Assembly (NCBI GenBank): GCA_049840735.1
Contig: JASGJN010000013.1
Location: forward strand, 384,001-448,000
From: Anaeromyxobacter sp.
GTDB lineage: Bacteria > Myxococcota > Myxococcia > Myxococcales > Anaeromyxobacteraceae
Length of the DNA: 64,000 nt
Direction: 5' to 3'
Positions 54,227 through 64,000 of this stretch are shown here, one piece after another (position 1 is the first letter of the stretch; every line of letters starts with the position of its first letter). The position numbers and the translations under genes are program-made. The notes beneath the pieces were generated by a model. It saw only the letters and a program-made list of their open reading frames with translations. It searched no databases and had not been told where the DNA came from.

Positions 54227-57200
54227 TCACGCCGCCGCCGGGGCGGGCATCGCCCCGGGCTCCGGCTGCCCGGCGGCGGCGGGCTGCTCCAGCGCGGGCG
54301 GGAGGAGCAGGTAGAGCACCGGCGTCACCACCCGGGCCAGCAGCGTCGAGCTGACGAGGCCGCCCATCAGCACCACCGCCAGCGGCGAGTAGAGCGCCGA
54401 GGCCTCCAGCGCCAGCGGCAGCAGGCCGCCCAGCGCCGTGAGCGTGGTGAGCAGGATGGGGACGAAGCGGGTCTCGCCGGCCCGGCGCACCGCCTCCCGC
54501 AGCGGCACGCCCTCCTCGCGCAGCTGGTTCGTGAAGTCCACCAGCAGGATCGAGTTCTTCACCTCGATGCCCACCAGCGCCACGAAGCCGATGGAGGCGG
54601 TGAAGGAGAGCGTGTAGCCCGCCAGCCAGAGCCCGGCCAGCCCGCCCGCCACGCCCAGCGGGATCACCGAGGCCACGATCAGCGTGCTGCGGAAGGTGCG
54701 GAACTCCAGCACCAGCACGGCCAGCACGCCCACCGCGGCGATCACGATGGCGGTGCCCAGCCCGCCGAAGCTCTCGGCGCGGCTCTCCAGCTCGCCGGCC
54801 GGCACCACCTGGATCCCGTCCGGCCAGCGCTCGCCGGCCAGCCGCTCCAGCACGGCGCGGGTGACGCGGTCGGTGTTGTACCCCTCGCGCACCTGGGCGG
54901 TGACGGTGGCGCTGCGGATCCGGTCGGTCCGGAAGACGCTGGCCGGCGACGGCTCCAGGGACAGGTCCGCCACCTGCGCCAGCGGCACCGGGCCGGCGGC
55001 GCCGGGGAGGCGCAGCCGCTCCAGCACCTCCAGCGTGGGCCGGGGCCCGCCGGGCAGCGCGCTCCCGTCGGCGCGCGGCAGCGTCACGCGCACCTCGCGC
55101 GGCTGGTCGGCGCCGTCCTCGCGCCAGGTCCCGGCCACCACGCCGCCCACCGCCAGCCGCACCGCCCGGTCAACGTCCGGCACCGCCACGCCGGCCAGCG
55201 CCGCCCGGTCGCGGTCCACGCGGACCCGCAGGTCGCTCTTCCGGTCGCGGGTGGGGTTCCGCACGTAGCGCGTCCCCTCGGTGGCGACCAGGGCCGCCTC
55301 CACCCGCTCCGAGGCGGCCGCCAGCGCGGCCGGGTCGTCGCCCAGCACGCGGATGGCGATGGGCGCGTCCACCGGCGGCCCCTGCTCGAAGGGCATCACC
55401 TGCAGCTTGGCGCCCGGGTAGCCGGCCAGCTCGTCGCGCAGGGCGCGCTGGACGGCCTCGATCCGGGCGGTCTCGCGGGTGGTGAGCTCGACCAGCAGCT
55501 CCCCGGCGCTCGACTTCTCGTTGGCCTGGGGCACGTTGTAGTAGACGCGCGGGTTGCCCTTGCCCACGTTGGCCACCACCCGCTTCACCTCGGGGTGGCG
55601 CGCCAGCACCGCCTCCACGTGGCGCACCGCCCTGTCGGTCTCCGGGAGGCTGGCCCCCTCCGGCGCCTCCACCGTGATGCGGAACTGCGGCAGGCCGGCC
55701 TGCGGGAAGAGGCTGAACCCGATGGCCGGGACCAGCGCCAGGCTGGCGGCCACCAGCAGCCCGGCCACGCCCAGCGCCAGGACGGGGCGCGCCAGCGCCC
55801 GCTCCAGCACCGGCCGGAAGGAGCCCTCCACGAACCAGCTCATGGCGCGGAAGAACAGGTTGCCGTGCTCGCCGGCGCTCTCGAGCAGCCGGCTGGAGAG
55901 GAAGGGCACCACCGTGAGCGAGACCGCCAGCGAGGCCAGGATGGTGAAGACCACGGCCACCGGCAGGCTGCGGATGAAGAGGCCGGCCGCGCCGGGCAGC
56001 GCCAGCAGCGGCAGGAAGGCGAAGAGCAGCGTGGCCGTGCACCCCAGCACCGAGACGGTGATCTGGCGGGTGGCGCCGATGGCCGCCTCGCGCGGCGAGT
56101 GGCCCAGGCGGATCCAGCGGGTGATGTTCTCGACCACCACCACCGAGTCGTCCACCAGCAGCCCCAGCGCGATCACGAAGCCCACGATGGAGAGCTGGTT
56201 GATGGAGAAGCCGGTCAGGTGGAGGAGCGCCACCCCCAGCGCCAGCGAGAGCGGGATGGAGACCATCACCACCGCCGAGGCCCGGGTGCCCAGCGGCAGC
56301 AGGGTCACCAGCACCAGCAGGATGGCGATGATGAAGTCGCGCACGAAGCCGCGCAGCCGGTGGCCGACGTTCTCCGACTGGTCGAAGGCCGTCACCAGCC
56401 GCACCTCCGGCGGCAGCGTCGGCGCGAACCCCTCCAGCGCCTGGCCCATGGCCTCCCGCACGGCGAAGATGTTGCCGCCCGGCTTCATGTTGGCGGCCAC
56501 GCTGACCGCTCGCTCCCCGTCCAGCCGCACCAGGTGGACCGGCTCGGCGTCGCCGGCCGTCACCTCGGCCACGTCGCGCACGCGCACCGTCCGGCCGCCC
56601 GCCTGGCGCACCACCGTGTCGCGGATCTCGTCCACCGAGCGGTAGTCGCCGGTCGTCTTGACCGAGAGCTGGCGCGCCCCGGCGTCGATGGAGCCGGCCG
56701 GCACGGCCACCGCCCCGGCGCCCACCGCCGCGATCACCTCGCCGGGCGAGAGGCCCAGCGCCGCGGTCCGCTCCGGATCGACCGCCACGCGGACCTCCTG
56801 CGCCGGCAGCCCGTCCACCGCCACGTCCTTCACCCCCGGGACCGCCTGCAGCCGGTCGGTCAGGTCGCGGGCCAGCCGCTCCAGCTCGCGCCCGGTGGCG
56901 CGCGCCGAGACCAGCCCGACCTGCAGGACGTTCACCTCGGCGGCGTTGAACTCCTGGACGTCGAGCCGGACCAGCTGCGCCGGCAGCGAGGGGCGCAGCG
57001 CCGTCACCTCGCGCAGCACGTCGTCGCGCCGGCGGGCCGGGTCCGAGCCGGCGCTGAACTCGACCTGCAGCACCGCCACGCCGTCGTCGATGCGGGTGCG
57101 GGTCTTCTTGAGATCCGCGATGGTCTTGAGCCAATCCTCGATGGGCTGGGCCACCAGGCGCTCCAGGTCGAGCGGGGTCGCGCCCGGCAGCACCGCCACC

Positions 57201-57340
57201 ACGGCGAAGTTGGGGTAGTCGAAGGTCGGGTCCTCGGCCTTGGGGATGTCGAGCAGGGCGGCCAGGCCCAGCAGGAGCGCCCCCACGAAGAGGACCAGCG
57301 TGAACTGCCAGCGGCGGACGGAGAAGGCGGCGACGTGCAT
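54227..57340 (-). CDS. RND efflux permease (AcrB family)
   Basis: 1037 aa, GLLVDDSVVVVEN, VKNSILLVD, RFVPILLT. Confidence 0.95.
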   Translation of the reverse strand: MHVAAFSVRRWQFTLVLFVGALLLGLAALLDIPKAEDPTFDYPNFAVVAVLPGATPLDLERLVAQPIEDWLKTIADLKKTRTRIDDGVAVLQVEFSAGSDPARRRDDVLREVTALRPSLPAQLVRLDVQEFNAAEVNVLQVGLVSARATGRELERLARDLTDRLQAVPGVKDVAVDGLPAQEVRVAVDPERTAALGLSPGEVIAAVGAGAVAVPAGSIDAGARQLSVKTTGDYRSVDEIRDTVVRQAGGRTVRVRDVAEVTAGDAEPVHLVRLDGERAVSVAANMKPGGNIFAVREAMGQALEGFAPTLPPEVRLVTAFDQSENVGHRLRGFVRDFIIAILLVLVTLLPLGTRASAVVMVSIPLSLALGVALLHLTGFSINQLSIVGFVIALGLLVDDSVVVVENITRWIRLGHSPREAAIGATRQITVSVLGCTATLLFAFLPLLALPGAAGLFIRSLPVAVVFTILASLAVSLTVVPFLSSRLLESAGEHGNLFFRAMSWFVEGSFRPVLERALARPVLALGVAGLLVAASLALVPAIGFSLFPQAGLPQFRITVEAPEGASLPETDRAVRHVEAVLARHPEVKRVVANVGKGNPRVYYNVPQANEKSSAGELLVELTTRETARIEAVQRALRDELAGYPGAKLQVMPFEQGPPVDAPIAIRVLGDDPAALAAASERVEAALVATEGTRYVRNPTRDRKSDLRVRVDRDRAALAGVAVPDVDRAVRLAVGGVVAGTWREDGADQPREVRVTLPRADGSALPGGPRPTLEVLERLRLPGAAGPVPLAQVADLSLEPSPASVFRTDRIRSATVTAQVREGYNTDRVTRAVLERLAGERWPDGIQVVPAGELESRAESFGGLGTAIVIAAVGVLAVLVLEFRTFRSTLIVASVIPLGVAGGLAGLWLAGYTLSFTASIGFVALVGIEVKNSILLVDFTNQLREEGVPLREAVRRAGETRFVPILLTTLTALGGLLPLALEASALYSPLAVVLMGGLVSSTLLARVVTPVLYLLLPPALEQPAAAGQPEPGAMPAPAAA

Positions 57341-57355
57341 GACGGGCTCCCGGCG

Positions 57356-58411
57356 TTACTCGACCACCTGCACCGGGGCGCCGTCGGCCAGCCGCGCCGC
57401 GCCCTCCACCACCACCGAGGAGATCCCGCTGGGCCGCTCCGCCAGCACCGCCCGGTCCCCCTGCAGGAAGGCGATCCGGACCGGCACCCGCCGCGCCCGC
57501 CCGCCCTCCACCGTGAAGACCGCGCCCGTCGCCCCGTCGGCGTCCACCAGCGCCGCCAGCGGCACCGCCGCCGGGGCGTCCACGGTGCGCGGGATCTCCA
57601 GCTTGGCGGTCAGGCCGCCCAGCAGGTCGGGCGCGGCGGCGGGGTCGAGCCGCACCTCCACCTCGTAGGTGCCGGTGCCGCGCGTGGCGGAGCGGGCGAT
57701 CTCCGCCAGCGTGCCGGCGATGGCCCGGCCGGGCCGGGCGTCCACGGTGACGGTGGCCGGCTGGCCCGGGCGGAGCCCCAGCACGTCGCGATCCGGCAGG
57801 CTGGCCCGCACCACCCACCCCTGGCCGCGGCCGCTCACCCGCACGATGGGCTGGCCGGCGGCGACCACCTCGCCCGGCTCGGCCAGGCGCGCCTCCGCCC
57901 AGCCGTCGTCCGGCGCCACCAGCGCGGCGCGCCGCAGGTTGAAGGCCGCCGCGTCGGCGGCCGCGCGCGCCACGCGAGCGCCGGTCTCGGCGTCCTCCAG
58001 CGTGGCCCGCGCCACCACGTCGGCCTCGGCCAGCGCCCGGGCCCGGACCAGGTCGCGCTCGGCCTTGGCCAGCGCCTCGCGGGCCTGGGCGGCCCCGGCC
58101 GCCACCTCGGTGTCGTCCAGCAGCGCCAGCACCTGCCCGCGGCGGACGCGCTGCCCCTCGCGCACGTCCACCCGGGCCACCACCCCGCCCACCTTGAAGG
58201 CCAGCGCCCGCTCGTCCCGCGGCGCCACCGTGGCGGCGGCGCGGACCGGGCGGTCCACCGGGCCGCCGGCCAGCGGGAGCGCGCGGACCGGGATGGCCGG
58301 ATCGGCCGGGGCGGCCTGGTCGGCGCGCGAGGCGGAGCAGCCGGCGGCGGCCAGCGCGGCGAGGGCGAGGGCGGTGAGGACGGCGGTGCGGCGGGCGGCG
58401 AGGTGCGGCAT
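57356..58411 (-). CDS. RND periplasmic adaptor (MFP) lipoprotein
   Basis: AAGC lipobox, FKVGGVV..VREGQRV..GQVLA.LD, LVAPDDG. Confidence 0.92.
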   Translation of the reverse strand: MPHLAARRTAVLTALALAALAAAGCSASRADQAAPADPAIPVRALPLAGGPVDRPVRAAATVAPRDERALAFKVGGVVARVDVREGQRVRRGQVLALLDDTEVAAGAAQAREALAKAERDLVRARALAEADVVARATLEDAETGARVARAAADAAAFNLRRAALVAPDDGWAEARLAEPGEVVAAGQPIVRVSGRGQGWVVRASLPDRDVLGLRPGQPATVTVDARPGRAIAGTLAEIARSATRGTGTYEVEVRLDPAAAPDLLGGLTAKLEIPRTVDAPAAVPLAALVDADGATGAVFTVEGGRARRVPVRIAFLQGDRAVLAERPSGISSVVVEGAARLADGAPVQVVE

Positions 58412-58437
58412 GGACGGCTCCCGGGGCTGGGCCCCTG

Positions 58438-58501
58438 ATGTGAGCGGTGCTCACAAAGTGAACGCCGCTAACTTGCACGCCCATGTAATCGGTGTCAACA
58501 T
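58438..58501. promoter_or_regulatory. Three operator-like palindromes for the TetR regulator
   Basis: TGTGAGC-GGT-GCTCACA (58439-58455), AAGT-N11-ACTT (58456-58474), ATGT-N11-ACAT (58483-58501). Confidence 0.7.
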
Positions 58502-59232
58502 GCGAACCGTGACAAAGGCCGGCGCACCCCATCGGGAGAGCTACCACCACGGCGATCTGCGGAACGCCCTGGTCGAGGCGGCGGAGCGGCTGGTGGCGCG
58601 CCACGGTCCGGAGGGCTTCAGCCTCCGCGAGGCGGCCCGCGACGTGGGCGTCTCGCCGGCCGCGGCCTACCGGCACTTCGCCGACAAGACCGCGCTCCTG
58701 ACCGCGCTGGCGGTGGAGGGGCACGCCCGGCTGGCCGGCGCCATGGAGAGGGCCAGGGCCCGCGCCCCCGCCGCCGGCACGCCGGCGGCCCGCGCCGTGG
58801 CCGCCTTCGTCGCCATCGGCGACGCCTACGTCGAGTTCGCGGTGAAGCACCCGTCGCACTTCCGCGTGATGTTCGGGCCGGCGCTGTCGCCGGAGTGCTT
58901 CAGCGCCCAGGCCGAGGACACCGGCGCCGATCCGTACCAGAATCCTCTCCGGCACGCTGGACGGGCTGGTGGCCGCCAAGGTCGTCAAGCCCGAGCGGCG
59001 CGCCGGGGCGGAGCTGGTGGCCTGGTCGGCGGTGCACGGGCTGGCCTCGCTGGTGGTGGACGGGGCCTTGCCGCTGGACGCGGCCCAGCTCCCGGCGGTG
59101 TCCCGCCTGGTGGGCCGGAACCTCCTGGCGGGGCTGGGCTGCGACCCCGCCCTGCTCCCCAAGGGCGTGCCGCTGCCCGAGCTCGACCCGCGGCAGCGCG
59201 GGGCGGCTGACGCGCCCTGCAAGCCGCGGTAG
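58500..59232 (+). CDS. TetR family regulator (WHG-type C-terminus), frameshift near 58942
   Basis: YHHGDLR, SLREAARDVGVS.AA.YRHF, WSAVHGLASL. Confidence 0.92.
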
Positions 59233-59243
59233 ATCGTGGCGGC

Positions 59244-61127
59244 ATGTCCCGCCGCCGCGCCGCGCTGCTCGCCTCCGTCGCCTCCCTCGTCGCGCTGCTC
59301 CTGCTGGGCGCCGCGCTGCTGCGGCGCGCGCCCGCCCCGGCCACCGCGCCCGCGCCGCCCCTGGCCGGCGCCGCGGCCGCTGCGCCCGCGGCGACGCCGC
59401 CGCCCCCGCCGCCCTCCGGCCTCCCCATCCGGCTGCCGGCCGCCCCGCCCGCCCCGGCCGACGACGCGCCGGGCACGTTCGAGGGGCGCGTGGTGTCGAG
59501 CGGCAGCGGCGCCGGCATCGGCGGGGCCGAGCTCACCTTCTCGCGCGCCGGCGCGGCCGCCACGGTGCGGACCGGGCCCGACGGCGCCTTCCTCTTCCAG
59601 CCGCCGGCGGAGGGGCGCTGGCTATTGGCCTCGGCCACCGCCCCCGGCCACTTCCCCTTCGCGCCGGAGTGGGGCCACAGCCCGGTGCAGCTGGACGCCG
59701 CGCGCGGCCGCCACGTGCGCGGGATCGAGCTGCAGCTCGCGCCGGAGGTGGCGCTGGAGGGGCGCGTGCTGGACGGGGACGGGCAGCCGGTCGCCGGGGC
59801 CGAGGTCCGGCTGCTGGGCGCGGCCGCCGAGGCGGCGCTGGTGCGCATCCCCGACCGCTTCACCAGCGACGCGGCCGGCGCCTTCCGCTTCGCGGCGCCG
59901 GAGGGGACGGTGGTGGAGGCCCGCAAGGCCGGGTTCCTCCCCGCGCGCGAGGCGGTGACGCCGCTGGTGCTGGTCAACGGCAAGCTGGAGCTCTGGCTGG
60001 AGCCGCGGCGCGGTCCGCCGCCGGGGCCGGCCGCGGCGGTGACCGGCCAGGTGGTGGCGCGCGGCGGGCAGCCCCTGGCCGAGGCGCTGGTGGTGGCGCA
60101 GGGGCAGCGCGGCTTCGGGCTGACCGACGCCCCCGCCGCGCAGGCGCTGACCGGGGAGGATGGGCGCTTCCGGCTGGAGCTGGAGCCGGGCCGTTACCGG
60201 CTCACCGCGCGCGCCGAGGGGTACGCGCAGGCCAGCGCGAACGGCGTGACGCCGGGCGGGCCGGAGGTGGTGCTGACGCTGGACGACGGCGGACGGCTGG
60301 CCGGGTGCGTCCGCGACGCCAGCGGCGGGCCGGTCACCCCCTTCACCGTGCTGGTCTTCGAGCGGCGCAGCGCGCTCCGCCTGGTGGAGCAGCGCAGCCG
60401 CTCGGTGATCGACCCGGCCGGCTGCTTCGCGCTCGACGACCTCACGCCGGGGCCGGCCTCGGTGGTCGTCTCGGCCCCCGGGCGCGCGCCCTCCGACGCG
60501 CTGCGGGTGGAGATCCCGCCGCCGCCGGGCGAGGCGCGGCTGGACGTGGCGCTGGAGGCGGGGGGCGTGCTCACCGGCGTGGTGCGGGACGACGCCACCT
60601 CCGCGCCGCTGGCCGGGGCGCGCCTCTCGGTGGAGGGGGACCTGGCCGCGGCCTCGACGTTCCCGGTGCTCTCGGAGGCGGTGACCGGGCCGGACGGCCG
60701 CTTCACGCTGACCGGCCTGCCGCGCCGGGTCTCGGTCTACGCCGCCGCGGCCGGCCACCACGCGCGCATCCTGGGCGGCGTGGACGTACCGCCCGGCGCG
60801 CCGGTGGGCCCGGTGGAGCTGCGGCTCCGGCCCACCGCGCCGGGCGAGGCGCCGCGGGTGGATCTGGCCGGGATCGGGATCGTCATCGCCCCGCACGGCG
60901 ACACGCTGGGCGTGGCCTCGGTGGTGGCGGGCGGCGGCGCGGCGGAGGTGGGGCTCCAGCCGGGCGATCTGATCGTCGAGGTCAACGGCCAGCGCGTGGA
61001 CGACCTGGGGATGACCGCGGCGGTGGACGCCATCCGCGGCCCGGAGGGGACCTTCGTGCTGCTCTCGGTCCGCAGGGGTGATCGCACGCTGGAGTTCCGC
61101 GTGCCGCGCCGGATCGTGCGGGGCTGA
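59244..61127 (+). CDS. Membrane-anchored carboxypeptidase-regulatory-like repeat protein with C-terminal PDZ
   Basis: Repeated GRV..G.PVAGA.V / TD.DG.F-like modules; GIGI..GLQPGD.IVEVNG..IRGPEGT. Confidence 0.85.
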   Translation: MSRRRAALLASVASLVALLLLGAALLRRAPAPATAPAPPLAGAAAAAPAATPPPPPPSGLPIRLPAAPPAPADDAPGTFEGRVVSSGSGAGIGGAELTFSRAGAAATVRTGPDGAFLFQPPAEGRWLLASATAPGHFPFAPEWGHSPVQLDAARGRHVRGIELQLAPEVALEGRVLDGDGQPVAGAEVRLLGAAAEAALVRIPDRFTSDAAGAFRFAAPEGTVVEARKAGFLPAREAVTPLVLVNGKLELWLEPRRGPPPGPAAAVTGQVVARGGQPLAEALVVAQGQRGFGLTDAPAAQALTGEDGRFRLELEPGRYRLTARAEGYAQASANGVTPGGPEVVLTLDDGGRLAGCVRDASGGPVTPFTVLVFERRSALRLVEQRSRSVIDPAGCFALDDLTPGPASVVVSAPGRAPSDALRVEIPPPPGEARLDVALEAGGVLTGVVRDDATSAPLAGARLSVEGDLAAASTFPVLSEAVTGPDGRFTLTGLPRRVSVYAAAAGHHARILGGVDVPPGAPVGPVELRLRPTAPGEAPRVDLAGIGIVIAPHGDTLGVASVVAGGGAAEVGLQPGDLIVEVNGQRVDDLGMTAAVDAIRGPEGTFVLLSVRRGDRTLEFRVPRRIVRG

Positions 61128-61135
61128 AGCGGCGC

Positions 61136-61158
61136 GGGCCGGGGAGCGCCCCCGGCCC
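61136..61158. terminator. GC hairpin between convergent genes
   Basis: GGGCCGGGG-AGCGC-CCCCGGCCC, no U-tract. Confidence 0.45.
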
Positions 61159-61185
61159 GGCCGCCCGCTGGACGCGGGAGCGCTG

Positions 61186-62025
61186 CTACTTCCCGTAGCC
61201 CTCCTGATCCTGGCCGCCGGAGCTTGAGCCGGTGCCGGCGTGGGACGCGCCGGTGGCCTGGGCGCCGCCGTGCTTCAGCGACTTCTCGATCTGCCTGGCC
61301 TTGTCCAGGTGGCCCTGCATGGTGGTCTCGGTGGTCTGGAGGAAGGTGGCCAGCTCCGGGTTGCTCTTCTGCGCCGCCTTGGCCAGCTTCCCGACCTCCT
61401 TCGTGTCCTTCTCGTGATCCTTCACCATGTGTGACATGAAGGCCTTGTCGAACTCGGCGCCGGACTTGCCGTGCACCTTCTGCATGGCCTTCTGCGACTC
61501 CTGCTGCTTGTCATCGAACCCCTTGCCGGTCAGCGAGGCGCCGGCCGTCTGGGCCAGCTGCTGGAGCTGCTGATCGTTCTGCCCGTGGTCGTCCACCATC
61601 TGCTGCGCGAAGGCCTTCACCTGCTCGTCCTGCGCCATCGAGACGCCCATCTGGCCCATCTGCACCTCGGCCTGGTTGGCCGCGTGGAGCTTGGCCAGCC
61701 CGTCGCTCAGCTTCTTGTCCACCTTGCCGGTCGCGCTCGAGCCGGTGGTGGCGCCGCCGGTGTCCGAGGTGCTGCCGGTGTTCGAGCTGCCGGTGCTGCT
61801 CGCGCCCGAGCTCATGTCGGTGGCCTTGTCACCCGGCGAGGCCTCGGCGCCGTGGGTGCCGGTCTGGCGACCGGAGGCCGCCCCGGACGAGCCGGTCCCG
61901 GTGCCCGTCCCGGACGATCCCGCGCCCGTCCCGCCCCCCGTCCCGCCGGACTGCCCCCAGGCCGGCCCGGCCAAGGCCAGGGCCGCAACCGCCGCCGCAA
62001 TTCCCCACCGCTCCAGGCTCTTCAT
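61186..62025 (-). CDS. DUF4142 domain exported protein
   Basis: Signal peptide, Gly/Ser/Thr linker, NQAEVQMG, VKAFAQQMVDDH, FDKAFMSHMVKDH. Confidence 0.88.
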   Translation of the reverse strand: MKSLERWGIAAAVAALALAGPAWGQSGGTGGGTGAGSSGTGTGTGSSGAASGRQTGTHGAEASPGDKATDMSSGASSTGSSNTGSTSDTGGATTGSSATGKVDKKLSDGLAKLHAANQAEVQMGQMGVSMAQDEQVKAFAQQMVDDHGQNDQQLQQLAQTAGASLTGKGFDDKQQESQKAMQKVHGKSGAEFDKAFMSHMVKDHEKDTKEVGKLAKAAQKSNPELATFLQTTETTMQGHLDKARQIEKSLKHGGAQATGASHAGTGSSSGGQDQEGYGK

Positions 62026-62229
62026 ATGTGTGTTCCCCCGTCCCATTTTCCGGAGCCGTCATCGCTCGGCGTGAAAGTGGGATCCGGGCGGGGCAACGGC
62101 ACGGGACACGCATGCGGCCCCCCGCCGCGCCTTCGTCCGGTGGACCGCCCGGGCGGCGAGGGAGCTTGCGAGGACCGCGGCGCCGGGGCCCTTCACCCCC
62201 CACGCCGGGCTGTGCTACGGGTTTCGGCC

Positions 62230-62592
62230 ATGGACTTCGACGAGACCCGGGTCGGGGGCGATCCGCAGGCGGTCGGGCGCGTGGCCACGGTGAAGGCGGC
62301 GCTGGTGGTGGTCCACTCGCCGGACAAGGCCGAGGCCGGCCGGCGCTACCCGCTCGGCGACGAGGACCTCACGCTCGGGCGCGAGGCGACCAACACCGTG
62401 GTGATCGCCTCGGACCAGGCCTCGCGCCGGCACGCCCGCATCTTCGTGTCGGGCGGGGCGCACGTGCTGGTGGACCAGGAGTCCACCAACGGCACCTTCC
62501 TCAACTCGAAGCTGGTGAAGGAGCAGACGCTCCGCCATGGCGACGTGGTCCGCATCGCCTCGACGGTGCTGAAGTACGTCGTGGAGGGGTAG
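62230..62592 (+). CDS. Stand-alone FHA domain protein
   Basis: LGR, SRRHA, STNGTFLN, LRHGD. Confidence 0.92.
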   Translation: MDFDETRVGGDPQAVGRVATVKAALVVVHSPDKAEAGRRYPLGDEDLTLGREATNTVVIASDQASRRHARIFVSGGAHVLVDQESTNGTFLNSKLVKEQTLRHGDVVRIASTVLKYVVEG

Positions 62593-62603
62593 GCCTCGCC
62601 GGC

Positions 62604-63158
62604 CTACATGAACCCGAGCTGCAGCTTGGCCGCCTCGCTCATGCGCGAGGGGTCCCAGGGCGGGTCGAACACCAGCTCCACCTGCGCGTCCTTCACGCCG
62701 GGCACGCCCAGCACCTTGCGCCGGACGTCGTCCACCAGCACCGGGCCGATGCCGCAGCCGGGGGCGGTGAGCGTCATGGCCACCAGCACCTTCTGGCCGC
62801 CCTCCACCGGCTCGGCCGCCACCTGGTAGACCAGCCCCAGCTCCACGATCGAGGCCGGGATCTCCGGGTCGTAGACGGTGGCCAGCGCGTCCCAGACCTG
62901 CTGCTCCTCGAACGGCCCCTCCACCGCCGCGTGGGCCTCGTGGAACCTCCGCGCCTCCTCCTCGAACTCCGGCCCCAGCGCGTCGGCGTCCTTCCCGTCG
63001 ATGCGGGCCAGGCCGCCCATCTCGGTCATCACCGTGAACTGGCCGCCCAGCGCCTGCTGGACCACCAGCCAGGAGCCGGCGGGCATGAGCACGTGCTCGC
63101 CGCTCGGGACCAGCACGGCCTCGACGTCCCTCAGGGTGTTGGCAGGTGTGCGCTTCAT
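62604..63158 (-). CDS. sufT: Fe-S assembly protein SufT
   Basis: QALGG.FTV, VYDPEIP.SIVELGLVY, MTLTAPGCG, FDPPW..MSEAAKL.LG. Confidence 0.92.
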   Translation of the reverse strand: MKRTPANTLRDVEAVLVPSGEHVLMPAGSWLVVQQALGGQFTVMTEMGGLARIDGKDADALGPEFEEEARRFHEAHAAVEGPFEEQQVWDALATVYDPEIPASIVELGLVYQVAAEPVEGGQKVLVAMTLTAPGCGIGPVLVDDVRRKVLGVPGVKDAQVELVFDPPWDPSRMSEAAKLQLGFM

Positions 63159-63164
63159 GGCGGG

Positions 63165-63615
63165 CTACTCCGTGGAGACCGGCGCCTGGGACCCGGCCAG
63201 CGCGTGCTTGAGCGCGTGCCAGGCCAGCGCCGCGCACTTCACGCGGGTGGGGTAGTCGTGCACGCCACCGAAGACGGCCAGCTTGCCGAGCGTCTCCTCG
63301 TCGCCCGGGCGCGGCCCCTCGGTGACCAGCTGGTGGAACTTCTCGAAGAGGGCGTCGATTCTCCGGGCCGGTCTTGCCCTTCACCGCGCCGGTCATGACC
63401 GAGGCGGAGGCCTTGGAGATGGCGCAGCCGCTCCCCTCGAACTTCACCTCCTGCACCACGCCGCCCTCGACGCGGGCGTGGATGGTGAAGTGGTCGCCGC
63501 AGAGCGGGTTGAGCCCCTCGGCCCGGTGGGTCTCGGTGGCGAGCGGGCCGAAGTTGCGCGGCCGCTTGCCGTGGTCGAGCACCACCTCCTGGTAGAGATC
63601 CGTGAGTTCGGACAT
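63165..63615 (-). CDS. sufU: SufU scaffold/sulfurtransferase, frameshift near 63359
   Basis: LYQEVVLDH, NPLCGD, GCAISKASAS, restored RVKCAALAWHAL. Confidence 0.92.
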
Positions 63616-63666
63616 GTCAGATCGAGGGGCTGCGCCCCTCCCCCACCCTGCATTCCAGGTTCGTCC

Positions 63667-64000
63667 TCACGCGAACAGCTCCCGTGCGCGGTCCAAGGCC
63701 CGCAGCAGCGCGTCCAGGTCCGCGCGCGTGGTGTAGGCGGCCAGCGAGGCCCGCGCGGTGGCGGCCACGCCGTAGCGCTGCATGACCGGCTGCGCGCAGT
63801 GGTGGCCGGCCCGGATGGCCACGCCCTGCCGGTCGAGGATGGTGGCGAGGTCGTGCGGGTGGACGTCGCCCAGCAGGAAGGAGACCGCCCCGGCGCGCGC
63901 CCGCGGCGTGCCCACCAGCCGGACGTCCGGCATGGCCCGGAGCGCCGCCACCAGCTCCTCCAGCAGCGCGTGCTCGTGGGCGGCGATGGCCTGCAGCCCG
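63667..64000 (-). CDS. sufS: Cysteine desulfurase SufS (3' part)
   Basis: VHPHD, IRAGHHCAQP, RASLA.Y. Confidence 0.92.
   Translation of the reverse strand, partial: GLQAIAAHEHALLEELVAALRAMPDVRLVGTPRARAGAVSFLLGDVHPHDLATILDRQGVAIRAGHHCAQPVMQRYGVAATARASLAAYTTRADLDALLRALDRARELFA

Noticed and set aside
62097..62112. Sigma54 promoter for the FHA gene
   Set aside because: GG/GC spacing is right but flanks (CGGCACG..ACGCA) deviate from consensus; too weak in GC-rich DNA

Overview
Very GC-rich chromosomal window with a gene content typical of Myxococcota, most like Anaeromyxobacter (my inference from gene content, not a database result). It holds about 60 densely packed genes and tRNA-Ala(CGC), with no recognisable prophage, IS, integrase or CRISPR array. 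Main modules: ttcA; ctaB/cyoE-ABC-DUF420; divergent NHEJ locus (ligD / ku plus a coupled MerR-HTH-TPR gene); NfeD-SPFH; DUF4129-DUF4350-MoxR-DUF58-SpoIIM-RDD; a CgeB/nucleotidyltransferase/methyltransferase/glycoside hydrolase cluster; XRE-cupin and radical SAM; K+/H+ antiporter; LemA-TPM-TPM; glgP; a precursor-less ycaO-tfuA-SUI1-sdaA unit; two signal-less HtrA proteases; TetR-RND efflux; suf genes. At least 16 frameshifts break otherwise intact genes. Six are exact GATC to GAWTC one-base insertions and four more lie beside GATC, which points to long-read miscalls at a modified GATC motif, not real pseudogenes. Best leads: the YcaO-TfuA-SUI1 operon, the Ku-linked MerR-TPR gene, the GATC error signature, a covarying structured repeat present twice, and many leaderless-type promoters. 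Family calls come from motifs recognised by eye.
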